A stretch of 54,794 bases of DNA, filler included, from Trypethelium eluteriae (taxonomy: Eukaryota): assembly GCA_051942245.1 (NCBI GenBank). It is 4 parts of 4 records of this genome, joined end to end, with 100 filler letters (N's around TTAATTAATTAA, not from the genome) between each part and the next. Parts side by side here need not be neighbours in the genome. Positions count along the whole stretch, not along the records: positions 13,744 to 27,386 come from JAVECL010000725.1; positions 27,487 to 41,091 come from JAVECL010000727.1; 2 more parts are not named here. One strand, given 5' to 3'. Below, one piece after another: positions 23,846-36,214 of this stretch; the stretch's first letter is position 1; every line of letters starts with the position of its first letter. The position numbers and the translations under genes were made by a program. The notes under the pieces were generated by a model. The model saw nothing but the letters and a program-made list of their open reading frames with translations, did no database searches and had not been told where the DNA came from.

Positions 23846-26800
23846 ATGTCTTCAAGAGTGACTCGCTCTTCAGCGAGGCTCTCAGCAGGTTCTTCGAATA
23901 ACCCCCCCGGCCAAGCCTCCTCGACCACTCCCGCTCCCCCTCAATCCTCCACAAGCTCCAGAAAACGCAAGGCCGTGCGAGAACCAAGTCCCGATACTCC
24001 GACGCAACCAGACGAGTCCCAGAACTCCAAACAATCCAAGCGTCCGAAAGCCTCTGATCTAGCACCTCCTTCATTCCAAGCTCCTCCTGATTCGGCACAA
24101 TCACTGCGTCGTACAGGACGGGGGCCAACGGCAATGTCAAGTGCTGGGTAAATCACTACCGTTCTAGATAAGTATTCAACGCTTGCTCACTTTGCAGAAC
24201 ACCCTCGGATCCCACCCAGAACACTTCCTCACCAGCATCCACAAGCACATCCAAGCGCAAGGGTTCACGTAAGAAAACTGGTAATCAAGGCAATCAAGGT
24301 TAGTAGAGCCTTTCTAGGGTGAAGATCGATCTAACCCAGTTTAGAGCCTAACGCGACCACGTCCGGCCCCTCACAGTCCTCAAGAAAGACCAAGAGATCA
24401 GCAAATAAACATGGTTCTTCAGTAGATATGGAGAATGCGGGACAGGAGACTGGTGGCCCATCAGAGGCTGCTGCCAGCGAACCAGCTGGTCACGCCGACG
24501 AAAGCGACCACTCCGACGATGAGGGGCACGCACGGAGCTATGATCAAGATGAACAAGATATCTTTGGCAGCCACTTTCTCACCCGCCATGGAGGCCCAGG
24601 TAATCTTGCCGGTGCCCTACGAGCAATGAGTGGCTATATGCCTGGCGTTTCTGGACGGTTACGAGATATCATGAACAGGCTCAAGGATCAGGATTCGTCT
24701 CTGCAACTTATTGCACTTCAGGAACTATCCGAGCTATTGCTTGTGTCAACAGAAGACAATCTCCAGGGTCACTTCTCTCCCGATCAGTGCGTAAAGGAGC
24801 TGGTCACGCTTATGCAGCCCAGTAAATTGGGTGAGGAGAATCCAGATATGATGCTGTTGGCTTGTCGATGTCTGGCAAATCTCATGGAAGCACTGCCCAC
24901 ATCTACAGCCAACGTGGTATACGGAGGAGCTGTTCCTGTCCTCTGTCAGAAGCTCATCGAAATCAACTACATTGACGTTGCAGAGCAAGCACTTAGTGTG
25001 AGTCATAGGCTTTTTTAGTGTCAGTCAAGCCTCCAATCTTCAACTAACTATGATGTGTTAGACTCTCGAGAAGATATCTGTTGAGTTTCCATCCTTTATT
25101 GTTCGTGAAGGAGGACTCACAGGCTGCCTCGAACATCTTGACTTCTTTCCTACAGGCACTCAGCGTACTGCAGTCACCACAGCCGCCAATTGCTGCCGAA
25201 AGATTCCTGAGGACTCATTTCCTGTCGTCCGGGATGTGATGCCAACCTTACTTGGTGTTCTGAACAGCAGCGATCAAAAGGTGGTCGAGAAGGCTTCACT
25301 CTGCGTGTCGGGTATAGTGGAAAGCTTCGGGCACAAAAATGAGAAGCTTGAAGAACTGGTCAGCCCAGCTCTACTCAAAGCAATCCTCCGGCTTCTCTTG
25401 CCTGGTACGACTAACCTCATTGGCCCCAACATTCACACCCAATTTCTACGTGTTCTATCAACCACAGCGAAAGCGAGCCCACGCTTATCTGTAGAGCTCC
25501 TGAAGATGGACATTGTCGATACCCTGTATCAAATTCTCACAGGGGTATCTCCACCAACGGGTATCGATGATGCTGCACTCAAAATCGACAAAAATGTCAT
25601 CATGCAGGCGCTTGTCCATCGACCAAAAGAACAGGTTTTCGAGACTTTGAATGTCATTTGCGAGCTGCTTCCTAGCGTGGGGAAAAATGGACTGATGTTC
25701 ATTGACGATCTTTTCGATGCTGGATACCCGGGCAATGAACCCCCTTCTCTAGCCTCACGAATTAGGGATCCTCGCAACGAAATGCGTCTCTCCCTCTTGG
25801 CGAATTGCAAGGAACAGTTGAAGCGCTTCGCAGTTATTCTGCTGCCCACTCTGACAGAAGCGTATTCGAGCACGGTAAACCTCAGTGTTCGCCAGAAAGT
25901 GCTCACTGCGCAATTAAAGATGCTTTCCAATCTCGATACCACGATCTTAGAGGATGCACTGCGAGTTGTGCCATATGCCTCTTATCTTGCATCGATCTTG
26001 TCGCAGCAGGATCATCCTAGTCTTGTCACCTATGCACTGCAAGCTACGGAATTACTTCTCAAACGTTTGGAGCCAATTTATCGATACCAATTCTATCGTG
26101 AAGGCGTCATTTCGGAGATATCAAGGCTAGCGAGTCGACCGCATTCCGTTCCCGAAGAAAAGGCACCGTCAACCAAACTCTGTGTGCGTACCAAAGCACC
26201 TGCCTCATCCAACAGAGAGAGTTTCAGCTCAACAGAGCAAGCTGATAGAGGGGAATATGAGAATGAGGAGATGAACGAAGATGATCCGTCAGACGGTGAA
26301 GATGATGATGACGAAGGCGATGAGGACCATGATGACGAGGATCAAGATGATGGACAAGACGATGTTTCAGCATCTTCTGGATCCTCGAACTCTTCAGAGC
26401 GGCATCGCACCGTACCTTCGCCCCTGTCCGATCTTCAAGATATCATTACACTGCGGGCTAAGCGGTTCATTGATGTGCATGAGATCGACGCTGAAAAAGG
26501 TCTGAAACAACGCGCTTGCAGGCTGCTCAGCGACATGCAAGCCTTGGCGAAAGAGATCCGGACTTGCTATCTTGAAGATTCCGCAACGAATGGTAAAGAG
26601 CTATTCATGCGCCTTGCAGACTACTTTGACGGCGATGCATTGGAAAGCACCACAAGCTATGAACTGCTCTCTTCCGGCATAGTGCAGGCCCTGCTTGATA
26701 TATTTGCTGCTCCAAAGACGGCGGCGAGCACCAATGCTCAATCTACATTCCTCCAGGTTTTCATGGGATCTCGCACGACTTCAAAGGCTCCAACCATGAG

Positions 26801-27386
26801 TGGAGGTGCCATCAATACCCCATTCAGTACTCTCGTTCAGAAGCTACAAGATCTCCTCAGCAGGGCAGAGCATTTCGAGGTCATCACTGTCCATCAAAAC
26901 TCATTAGACAGCAACCGGACCAGCGCAGCATCGATGCTTGCCAAGCAGCTCAAGCTCAAGCTTGTCGCTGATGAGGCCTCTGGGTTTCACAAGACGTATG
27001 AAAACATTATGGTTTCGATTCATGCTATCGCCACATTCAAAGCACTTGACGAATACTTACGCCCCCGACTTAGCTCAATCGAAAATCCCAACCGTACAAA
27101 TAGCCGTGACCGGGTGACCAGTGCCATTGCCGCTTACGCAGCTGCTATGGGCGTGGAGAGACCTCGACCAAGGCTTCCAGGAGGAGTGCCTCCTCCACCA
27201 ATGCCATCTCTACCTCTTGCTTCTTCCAGCAACCGTCCTCCCCCGAGGAAGTCTTCCAAAACCAGCAAGCTCTCCGCACCACCACCAGGTGAAGGTAGGA
27301 ACACATCTGAATCAGCGTTAGAAAGATCATATGGCCTCAGGAGGTCGACGAGGAAGCATGGCGCTTTGCATGGATCTCTGCATAGC
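23846..27386 (+). CDS. UFD4: Ufd4/TRIP12-type HECT E3 ubiquitin ligase, 5' portion (HECT domain beyond contig end)
   Basis: Disordered N-terminus, then armadillo region QLIALQELSELLLVSTEDNL...LLACRCLANLMEALP...IDVAEQALS, an acidic tract, and LQDLLSRAEHFEVITVH...MVSIHAIATFKALDEYLRPR. Introns near 24148-24197, 24299-24345 and 24997-25061. Confidence 0.9.
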
Positions 27387-27486
27387 NNNNNNNNNNNNNN
27401 NNNNNNNNNNNNNNNNNNNNNNNNNNNNNNTTAATTAATTAANNNNNNNNNNNNNNNNNNNNNNNNNNNNNNNNNNNNNNNNNNNN
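27387..27486. other. Artificial contig-joining spacer
   Basis: N44-TTAATTAATTAA-N44. Confidence 0.98.
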
Positions 27487-27831
27487 ATCCTGGGGTTGTT
27501 CTAGATGCATGTGGGCATGGAATTATGCAGCGCTGTACTAATGTACTCTTTGATTCTAGGCTTCAGGAGGTTTGTTTAGGCAACGATGCAAACTTGGTAG
27601 CAGGAGGCGTGGGTGACGTTGTGGCGCATTACCTGTGGCGGCGCATTATGACGAAATACCTGGTAGACCTACAGGCAACCCAAACAGTGTAACCAAGGAA
27701 CAATTTCAAGCTATCCCCACACCTCCTGCATATCTACTGCCGTCGCCAACCTTTCCGCTCTGCTCCTCTGCGTCTGAGGTTTGCAGAGTTTCGCTCTCTC
27801 GCCAAATTTTCCTTCTATACGCATCGCCATC

Positions 27832-30458
27832 ATGTTTATGCTCCGGAACGGTGCGTTACCCCTCCAACGCTATCTTTAGGCCCCTTCTTTTCATTCTTGT
27901 GAAGTTATTTGACCTCTTCGCTAATATTTAATTCTCATCTAGTGAGCAAATACTTGTTCGGTGATACTAGCAAGGAGACTCTTCTCGATCTCCCCCAAGG
28001 CCAGCTCTACCTAGTCCGACCCCTCTCTCCAAAAGGCTACTCCGAGCTTATCTTCACCGACGCTGCAGCCTCAATTCGGCGCACAGGTCAGGATTTCCAG
28101 TACCAACTTGTTGTCCAGCGAGCATACGAAGAGGGTGAGGAAGCTCTTAACGCGGACGACGACGAAGAGGCATTGGAAAAGGAGCTAGGAGGAGACAAAG
28201 ACGAGAAAGGCTTTCTACTTGATCAGAGCTTACGATTGAGGTGTGAGCTCCGAGAAGGTGGAGAAACGGTCTTTGCCTGGCGAGATCTGAGCGGCGATCC
28301 AGGTGATCTCTTTGAGTTTGTCTGTTCTCCAAGCACGTCAGGAGCCGAGACTGCTCAGTTTATGCTGGTTGCCCAGCAGTGTCAATACGAGCGCAAATAT
28401 CATAAGAGTCTGACGGCCGCGACTGATCAAGATCTGAGAGAATTTGAGTTTGAAGACGAGGAGCCCATCCCTTCTGCGAGCCCAATCTCAAGCCCAAGAA
28501 CACTGTCCCCAACTTCGACGTCGCAGTCGCTTGCAGCACCGAAGTCATTGAATCTCGTCGAGGCAAAACCTGGTGCGAAAAGGGGCGATATGGCGAAGAA
28601 AAGCGCTGAGGATAAGGCTTCAAAGGCTGTGGTCAAGAAAGATGAAAAAGCGACCGTAGCTCCACCAAGCAGGAAAGCTCCTAAAAGTCGGGAAATCCTA
28701 GCTCATCAGACCGCGGAACTTCATCTCTTCGATTTTCAGTCTGGCACTTTTGTGATGCAAGATTCGGAGGTTGAAGCTACCGTATCAGAGATCGGCGATT
28801 GGAATTACTGGCTACAGATTACGGGGGAGAAGGGAGACTGGTTAGGCCAGAGCATTGTCGAAGATATCAATCCGGTCTTCAATTTTGAATATCTCTCCTT
28901 CATTTTTAACCATTATCCCGAAGATGGCGCAGCTTATTCCTGGTTACTCCGGTTCAAGGATCCGTCCCTGCTCGAGAACTTCCAAGAGGGACTCATGCAG
29001 GCCCTTTGGGAACATCTCAATCAGACAAAGTGGTTCAAACAAAAGGAAGTAGAGCGCGATTACATCCTCGAATCGTTCAAGGACTTGACTATGGACGATA
29101 TTCGAGAAGAGGAAGCGAAGGTGGAGGATGAGGAGGAGGAAGAAGCTGAGGAGGAGGCAGATGAGGAAGACGAAGAACCTGCACAGCGGGAAGAAGATTA
29201 TGACGAAGATGAGGATGAGGACGAAGCTCTCGAACGCGACAAGGATGGAAATGTCAATTCGCAGCTTGCCGTTGGCTCCAAGCATGATCGCTCCTTTGTC
29301 GTCCGAGGCTCTAAAATTGGCGTCTTCAAGCATACCCCAAATAATCAGCTCGAATTCTCGACAAACATATCCAAAGTCCAGACACCCAAGGGCAAGCTCT
29401 TCAGCCCAAAGAAAGTCATGCTTCATGAAGGCGACCGAAATATGGTGCTCCAAAACGCAGATAATCCGAACTCCCTGTATCGCATGGATCTCGAGTATGG
29501 CAAGGTAGTTGATGAATGGAAGGTCCATGACGATATTCCTATCGACGTCTTTGCTCCTGAGAATGTAAGTACAGCATGTTTTACACTACATATCTACGGC
29601 GACTAACCAGGTCTACAGAAATTCGCACAAATGACCGACGAAAAGACCTTCCTCGGCCTGTCCCACAACGCCCTCTACCGCGTCGACCCCCGCCTCTCCG
29701 GCAACAAGCTCGTTGATGCCGAGCTCAAACAATACGCCTCCAAGAACGCCTTCAGCGCAGCCGCCACCACCGAACAGGGCTACATCGCCGTCGCCAGCAC
29801 CAAAGGCGACGTCCGCATGTTCGACCGGCTCGGCATCAACGCCAAGACGCACATCCCCGCGCTCGGCGACCCGATCCTCGGTCTCGACGTCTCCGCCGAC
29901 GGCCGCTGGGTGCTGGCCACCACGCGCACCTACCTGCTGCTCATCGACTCTTTGCAGAAGTCCGGGAAGAACGAGGGCAAGCTCGGGTTCGAGAAGTCGT
30001 TTGCGGCCGACGCGAAACCGCAGCCGCGGCGGCTCGCGCTGACGCCTTCGCACGTCGCGCAGTTCCAGCACGAGACGGGCGCGCCCATCAGCTTCACGCC
30101 TGCGAAGTTCAATGTCGACCCGGAGGCGGCGCACACGGCGGGGGGCGAGACGAGTATTGTTTCGGCGACGGGGCCATTCATTGTTACGTGGAGTCTGAAG
30201 AAGATCCTGCAGGGGAGGAAGGATCCGTATTCTATAAGGAGGTATGGCGAGCAGGTGAAGGCGGATGATTTCCGGTTCGGCACGGATAAAAATCTCATCG
30301 TTGCGCTGCCGAATGAGGTCGAGGCGGTCAAGAAGAGTATGTTGAAGCGGCCGACGAGGGAGAGTATTGCGGGGATGGCGACGCCGAGGAGGAGCAGTGG
30401 GAGGGGGACGAGGGGGAGTTATCTGGGGAGGAGCGACATTGTGAATTCGCCTTACTGA
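27832..30458 (+). CDS. VID27: Vacuolar import and degradation protein Vid27, 3 exons
   Basis: Exons 27832-27850 (MFMLRN), 27943-29564 and 29619-30458. Motifs GQLYLVRPLSPKGYSELIF, DRSFVVRGSKIGVFKH, LYRMDLEYGKVVDEWKVH and GDPILGLDVSADGRWVLAT. Confidence 0.92.
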
Positions 30459-31079
30459 TGGTCTGCCTTGACAAGGTGCCCAAGCTCTTTAGAGAGGAGA
30501 GACTGGCGTTTGAGGATTTGTCTCGGTTGTGGTCGGCGTTTGCTTTGCTGACTTGGCTTGAACTGGTCTTGCGAGGTTCAAGGAATATACGAGGGCACGG
30601 AGGACCTGGCAGAACAATCTAATACCCCATTTTAGGTAGTTGAATAACAGATCAGCGATATTATCTGAACGTCATGAAATATTGAGGGAATCCGTGGTTG
30701 ATATTATCAAAGATGAAGTAAGCGGTATACGTCACCTGCATAGTTCCATATACCAAAGACCAAGAGAGGCTCTTGCATTGCAGCGAGTCAAGAATGAGTT
30801 TCTTATTGATGTGAGCGCATGGCAATCATGTACGCTTTGTCCTATGTGGTTATCTGGTTGAATAATCCGGGATGAATGCAGTTTGCTCTTGGTAGCGGGG
30901 AAGGGTAGCGGAGACCATACGAGGTTGGAGTTTTGGGATCAGAACCAGCTTGTGATACACAGGAAAGAAATTGCAAATTGACTTGCAGATTTATGGAGAA
31001 AGCCTGATGGTAGTCTCTGCCGGCTTGTATGGTAATTAGGTATATATTTTTGTGGTTGAATCAATCTTCAAAGGTTGTT

Positions 31080-31122
31080 TACCTACCTACCTACCTGGGT
31101 AGGTACCTACCCACTCACCTAG
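31080..31122. repeat. Short (CCTA)n/(TAGG)n microsatellite-like, partly inverted tract
   Basis: tacctacctacctacctgggtaggtacctaccc in the intergenic region between two convergent genes. Confidence 0.5.
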
Positions 31123-31787
31123 CCCCTCATGCCCCGCTGTCAATGTTTTGTCCCAGTAGGCCTTAAGTTTAAATAGTCCTGGAGGAGGGTGGGGTGCTGC
31201 ACTGCACCTCGATTTGTAGACAGGACCTTACGGCAAAAGGTAGTCTTGCACTGCCGTAACCGATTTTACGGTGTGGCCAGAAGTACCAAAAGCGCCAAAC
31301 CATATGATCTCCGACCGATTGAGATGCAACCCGCAAAATCTCGATAACATGCAACCGCTCCTACTCCATCGCAACAACATAGTTTTTTTCTGCGGATAGC
31401 TCAAAAAATAGAGGATGGTCCATAGATATGTTCTCTATCCCTGGACTTGAAATTTTCACGTTGCATGCTATTACAATATGACGAGTCCAAGTTTGAGAAA
31501 ACACGGGCTAGCATAGGTAAACCATCCCGGCATACGACCATTCGGCTTCAACATGTATCTGTCGGGCATCATTTCTCACTCAACAATTTGAATACAGCTT
31601 AGAAACTTGTAGCGTACAGTCTGCAAGGTAATCCTGAAGACTTCTATCAATTCAAAAAAAAAAAATTTCCTTACCGTTCTATATTGGTGGCTAGGGATGG
31701 ATTTCGAGGATCGAGGTCATGCGGCTCGACCTCCGACAGACATCGACCCCAGAAAATACTAAGCGATTGCACGGCCGACTGCGGCCT

Positions 31788-33848
31788 TCACGCCGCAAAG
31801 TCATGTATCCGATCAAACCCCTCCTCCGGGTCCTCGCTCGGCACCGCATCCAAGAGATCCTTCGTCCGCGGCCCTGTGTACTTCTTCCGCGCACCCACGC
31901 ACCACCACGTCAGACTGAACAGCGCAATGAAGGCCGCCACGCAGACCGCATAATTCATATTCTCGGGCGTGACTGGCCGCGTGGTTGGAAAGAACAAAAT
32001 CGTACTGATGAAGACGACCCAGGTGATTGCGACAGCGTTCACGGGACGACCCCAGCGTCCTAAGGTGTAAGGGCCTTCGATGAACTGGACCCGGTGCGCG
32101 TAGACAATGTGGGCGACGACGACAGCGATGTAGGAGAGGTCGAGGGCTGGAGCAGTGACATTGAAGATGGAGACGATGGTCTGGGTCGAACCCATGCCGA
32201 TGAGATTGAGGCAGGTGCAGAAAAAAACGACGAGCCAGACGGCGTTTACGGGGGTGTGCGTGAGGGAATTGATGCGAGACCAGAAGCTAGAGAAGAGAGG
32301 AAAAATTAGGCATGAGCTGGGAAAACACGCGGAAATGGGTGGCTACCTTGAGAACGGAAACGCGTCGTCTCGTGCGAAAGCGTACGCCATCCTTGCATTT
32401 GCCAACATGGCACTGCAGCCGGTGAAGAATTGGACCAAGATGACGAAGAAGAGCATGGTGGTTCCACCTGCTCGACCGCCTGCGTTCAGGAAGATTTGAG
32501 CAGCGGGAAGGCCAGTGGGTGAAGCAATGATCGCATCTAGGTCCGAAAGACAGAAGCAGAAGGTGATGGTGAGCATCCAGCCGACAACACCAGATACAAA
32601 GACAGCAGCTCTGATAGCGACGGGACCCCGAATGGCCGCATCGTGCGTTTCCTCAGACATACTACGAAATGCCGTGAACAGGAGGTTTAGTAGTATGGTC
32701 GATGCCGGCACTTACTGAGTGGTTCCATCGTAATCTGTCATGGTCCATGCGACGGACAAGAACCTGGAATGAGTTCAATAACCAACATTCTGACCGTCTG
32801 GTGATCTTACCCAAGGAAGAAGGAAAAGCCTTTGCTACCCCAACCGGAGCCATCGGTGACGTGAGTAAAGACCCAAGTCGCGCTTTGTTTGTTTGGCGTG
32901 AGAATTAAAAGAGCAATGCAAATGCTGATCGAGGCAAGAACTGATCAATGTCTTCAGTGGAATGAGATTCAAGGTCGAGTTGACGACATACTGTTGATAG
33001 GCGCAAACCAAATCACGATCCGGTGAAGCGATTTCGTGGTCAATGAACAGATGGTTCCGAAAAGACATAGCACGAGAATTGCCAACAGTACCGTCTGCAA
33101 GGCATTGCTGTGCCCCTGGTCAATCGCTTGCAGGGAGAGCAAAGAGAGAATGAGGAGCGTACGGAGTATACGAGTAAGTGTCATCAATGAAGGTTGAGTT
33201 CATTGTTGCACCGGCTAAAATAAGCTGAGCAATAGTGTATGCAAGGCTAGCCACTCCAGCAGCTTGTCCAAGAAAGTTGCACCAGCCGATGACCCAGGCC
33301 CAAATAGCCACATGCTCTTTGGGCACGACATGCTTTGTGACAAAGTACATGCCACCCGCAGTTGGGTATGCGGACACTAGCTCGGCCACTAGGCAATGAA
33401 AAGTAAGCTTTGGATGGGCCTCACAAAGTTAAAATCGACATCTGGAAGGGCCTCCACGCACCCGAGCTTGCAATGCACATGGCCATGCATGATCCTACAA
33501 ACCATGCCCACACAGCCGTCGCCGGACCTCCGGCGGTGATAGGACTTCCAAAGGTTGCCGGCACGGATCCCAACACTCCCAAGATGGAGATGGCATAGGA
33601 CACAGTGGACCATTTGGTGAATTCACGCTTTAGCTCCTGGAGAATATGGTCAACAAGACGTACTGACAGTGGGCATGCTCAGGTCATACTTGTTTGTACC
33701 CAATTCGTGCCAATAAACGTTCGTCATCATCTTGTATCGTAGCCATGATAGATCTTGGCGTAGTAGTCGCATTTGGTGGAGACTTTTCTGAAGAAGCCCC
33801 GATGGACTTCTCCTCTGAGAGTATCTTACTTGGACCTGGTGCGGTCAT
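31788..33848 (-). CDS. APC-superfamily amino acid/GABA/polyamine permease (Uga4/Tpo5-like), multi-exon
   Basis: DDERLLARIGYKQ-ELKREFTKWST, AELVSAYPTAGGMYF, MSEETHDAAIRGP, RMAYAFARDDAFPFS, GPYTLGRWG and ENMNYA motifs spread over several exons with GT..AG introns. ATG at 33848, stop at 31790-31788. Confidence 0.9.
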
Positions 33849-36214
33849 AATTAGACCATCTAGTCGACAAGCAAGGCAGAGTGGAGAATGAGAGCGGGAA
33901 GGGGAATTAAGTATATGTGAACGGCATCATGACGCATCGGGCAGCAAGCACGTAGGTGGTGGAATTGAGAGATAAAGGGGGACGCCACGAGAATTTACAG
34001 AAAGAAGCCAAAGTACCTAAAGAGATCCAATCGGTTATTGCAAGCAGACCAACTGGCCCGGCTATCGAGAGGCAAAATCACGCATCAGGAGCCATGGAGA
34101 ACAGGGCTGACGCCGACGTGCGATTTGAAAAGGTGGTGACTGGCTCCTTCGGAGCTCCTCAGTATTACCAAATGGTTGCCGGTACAAAAATCGGTGAGAG
34201 GTACTTCGCCTGTGAGGGTCCAGGTACCGCCATGTTCGACGATGTGACGCCAGATCCTTGCAACCGCGTGGACTCATTGTTGAATGCTCTTGGTGCTAGG
34301 GCTCGAGACAGAGTACCGTCACAGTGGCACATGCAACAGGGGTACTTTGAACGTCATCGAAAGGTCCGGACATGGTGATGGAGGTTTGAAGCAGCGGACA
34401 AGGGACTAGATTAGATATGGCAAGTCAGAAATTGATGTCGTCCTGATCTCCATGGGCATCAAAACGCCTTATTTTGTCCTAGCCGTCCCGTCATTACCGA
34501 AAATTCCGCACACTAGGTATGCGGTACCAGTACCATGGAAGGTCATTATAGGGCAGATCTCATGACTCGCTCTTCCGTCGTGCTTACTGAACTTCACTCC
34601 CTAAACCTTCAAGATTATCTGCATATGCAAAGCAGCCCTATGCTGGAGTCGCGTAGCATCATCTACTCAGATTGGAGCGTCAATCTCGGCCAATAGCGAC
34701 AAAAAAAATCCTATCAAATTACCGAGGATACGTACGGAGTACTTCACCGACATCTTGCGACTGCTAAAAATTAGTCTGGCTGGCGGGGCATGGTGTTATT
34801 GACGGTTCTCTTGAGGTACATTTTCGCGTACAGTACTAGCAGAGGGAATTGCATCCAGGATCATTCCGCGTCCGCCACGTCTGTCATGCAGAAGCAGCTA
34901 AACCCGACAAGAGGCTACAAGCGGTGAGAAGGGCCCCTTGGCCAATCATATACTCCTTCATGGTCTCGATTACCCCCACGAAGCGTGGGTTTGTCGAGAG
35001 AGCTTCGGAATTTGCCTGGGGTTGTCAGGTGCAACATTCGCCTTGATGTTGTCCTCTCTCCTGCACCTCTCCCGTAAGCCCGAGCAAAACTGGTGTGCTT
35101 TCTCGAAGCCTGATATCCTCGGCACCCTCTATCTATTGGGACTACTACCACCTGAGCTGGTCTCTCGGCTGCAATAATAAAGCGAGATAGATGCCCGATA
35201 CAATGTCCCGATCGCGACACTTGCTGACCACACCTTCATGATTTCCACCGAGCATTCTGCTTTGTGGAATTAGAATTCGAGAACCAGCCTCACTCTGCAT
35301 AGTGGCCATCAAGAGATCTTCTAGACAGGGATCTATTGGGCATTGGGCACCGTCTTATCGATGTAGTTGCCGGTGACATTACGTACTCCAAAGGACCTTC
35401 TGACAGTATTCACTCGCGATTGACACGCCCTCTCCTTCAGCTCTTCAGAATTACGGAATCTCTTCCGAGATAAGCGCAGCACATAACGTGCGGAATATTG
35501 TATTTCTTGTCATCCAAGTATCGCTGCATATGTCCGAGAAAATTGACTTTCCTACTCCGATGACCAAGGCAACGTCAATGTAGTCCCAATCTGTCTTTCG
35601 TCTAGCTCACCGGCAAAAGTACCCATGTATCATGCAGCGATCGAATTCACGCATCGTTCTAACCCTATGCAGAGGGATATGTTGGGTTGATTCTGCTAGG
35701 TACTGCGACTGCCTGGCATGCAAACCAAAGCTTCAGAGATCGAGATTGGTGGCGGCAATTATGCTAAGAAGCGACACCAAAACTGGTCCTTCTGCTGCTG
35801 TTCCACACAGTAGTCAAGCCTCTAGCTTCTAGCACTGATAACTGCAAATGCCTCATTATTGCATCCATATTGCTAGATCCTTCTCCCAACCATCTCCCTA
35901 GGGGCGCTCTCTCGGAGCAACCATCCACTCTTCATTGGCCACAGGAAACGGGGAAACGGACCTTTCCCCATTTCAAGAGCTACAGCGGACTTATTTTTGG
36001 AAAGACGCATGGCCTGTTCCAAGCCCTGAGATCCGGGCTTGCGTCTTCTCTTCTTTCCTGAAGACTTTCCCTTTCTAGTAGGCCCAAATCCAAGCCAGCC
36101 TTATGGATCAGAGTCAAGCAAACGTCGTTGATGCTTGGAGCGATTACTTTCTTACGCCAGCAAGGGTGGTACAAAGTGATCCGACGCATGATTATTGACT
36201 CTTTGTTGATCCAA

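Noticed and set aside
34945..35120. Possible snRNA-like structured sequence starting ATACTCC
   Set aside because: Does not match the invariant U1 5' end ATACTTACC and no convincing Sm site was seen.
35654..35670. CTAACCCTA, similar to a telomerase RNA template or telomeric repeat
   Set aside because: Only about 1.5 repeat units, lacking the full TAACCCTAA, and no other telomerase RNA elements recognised. Expected by chance.
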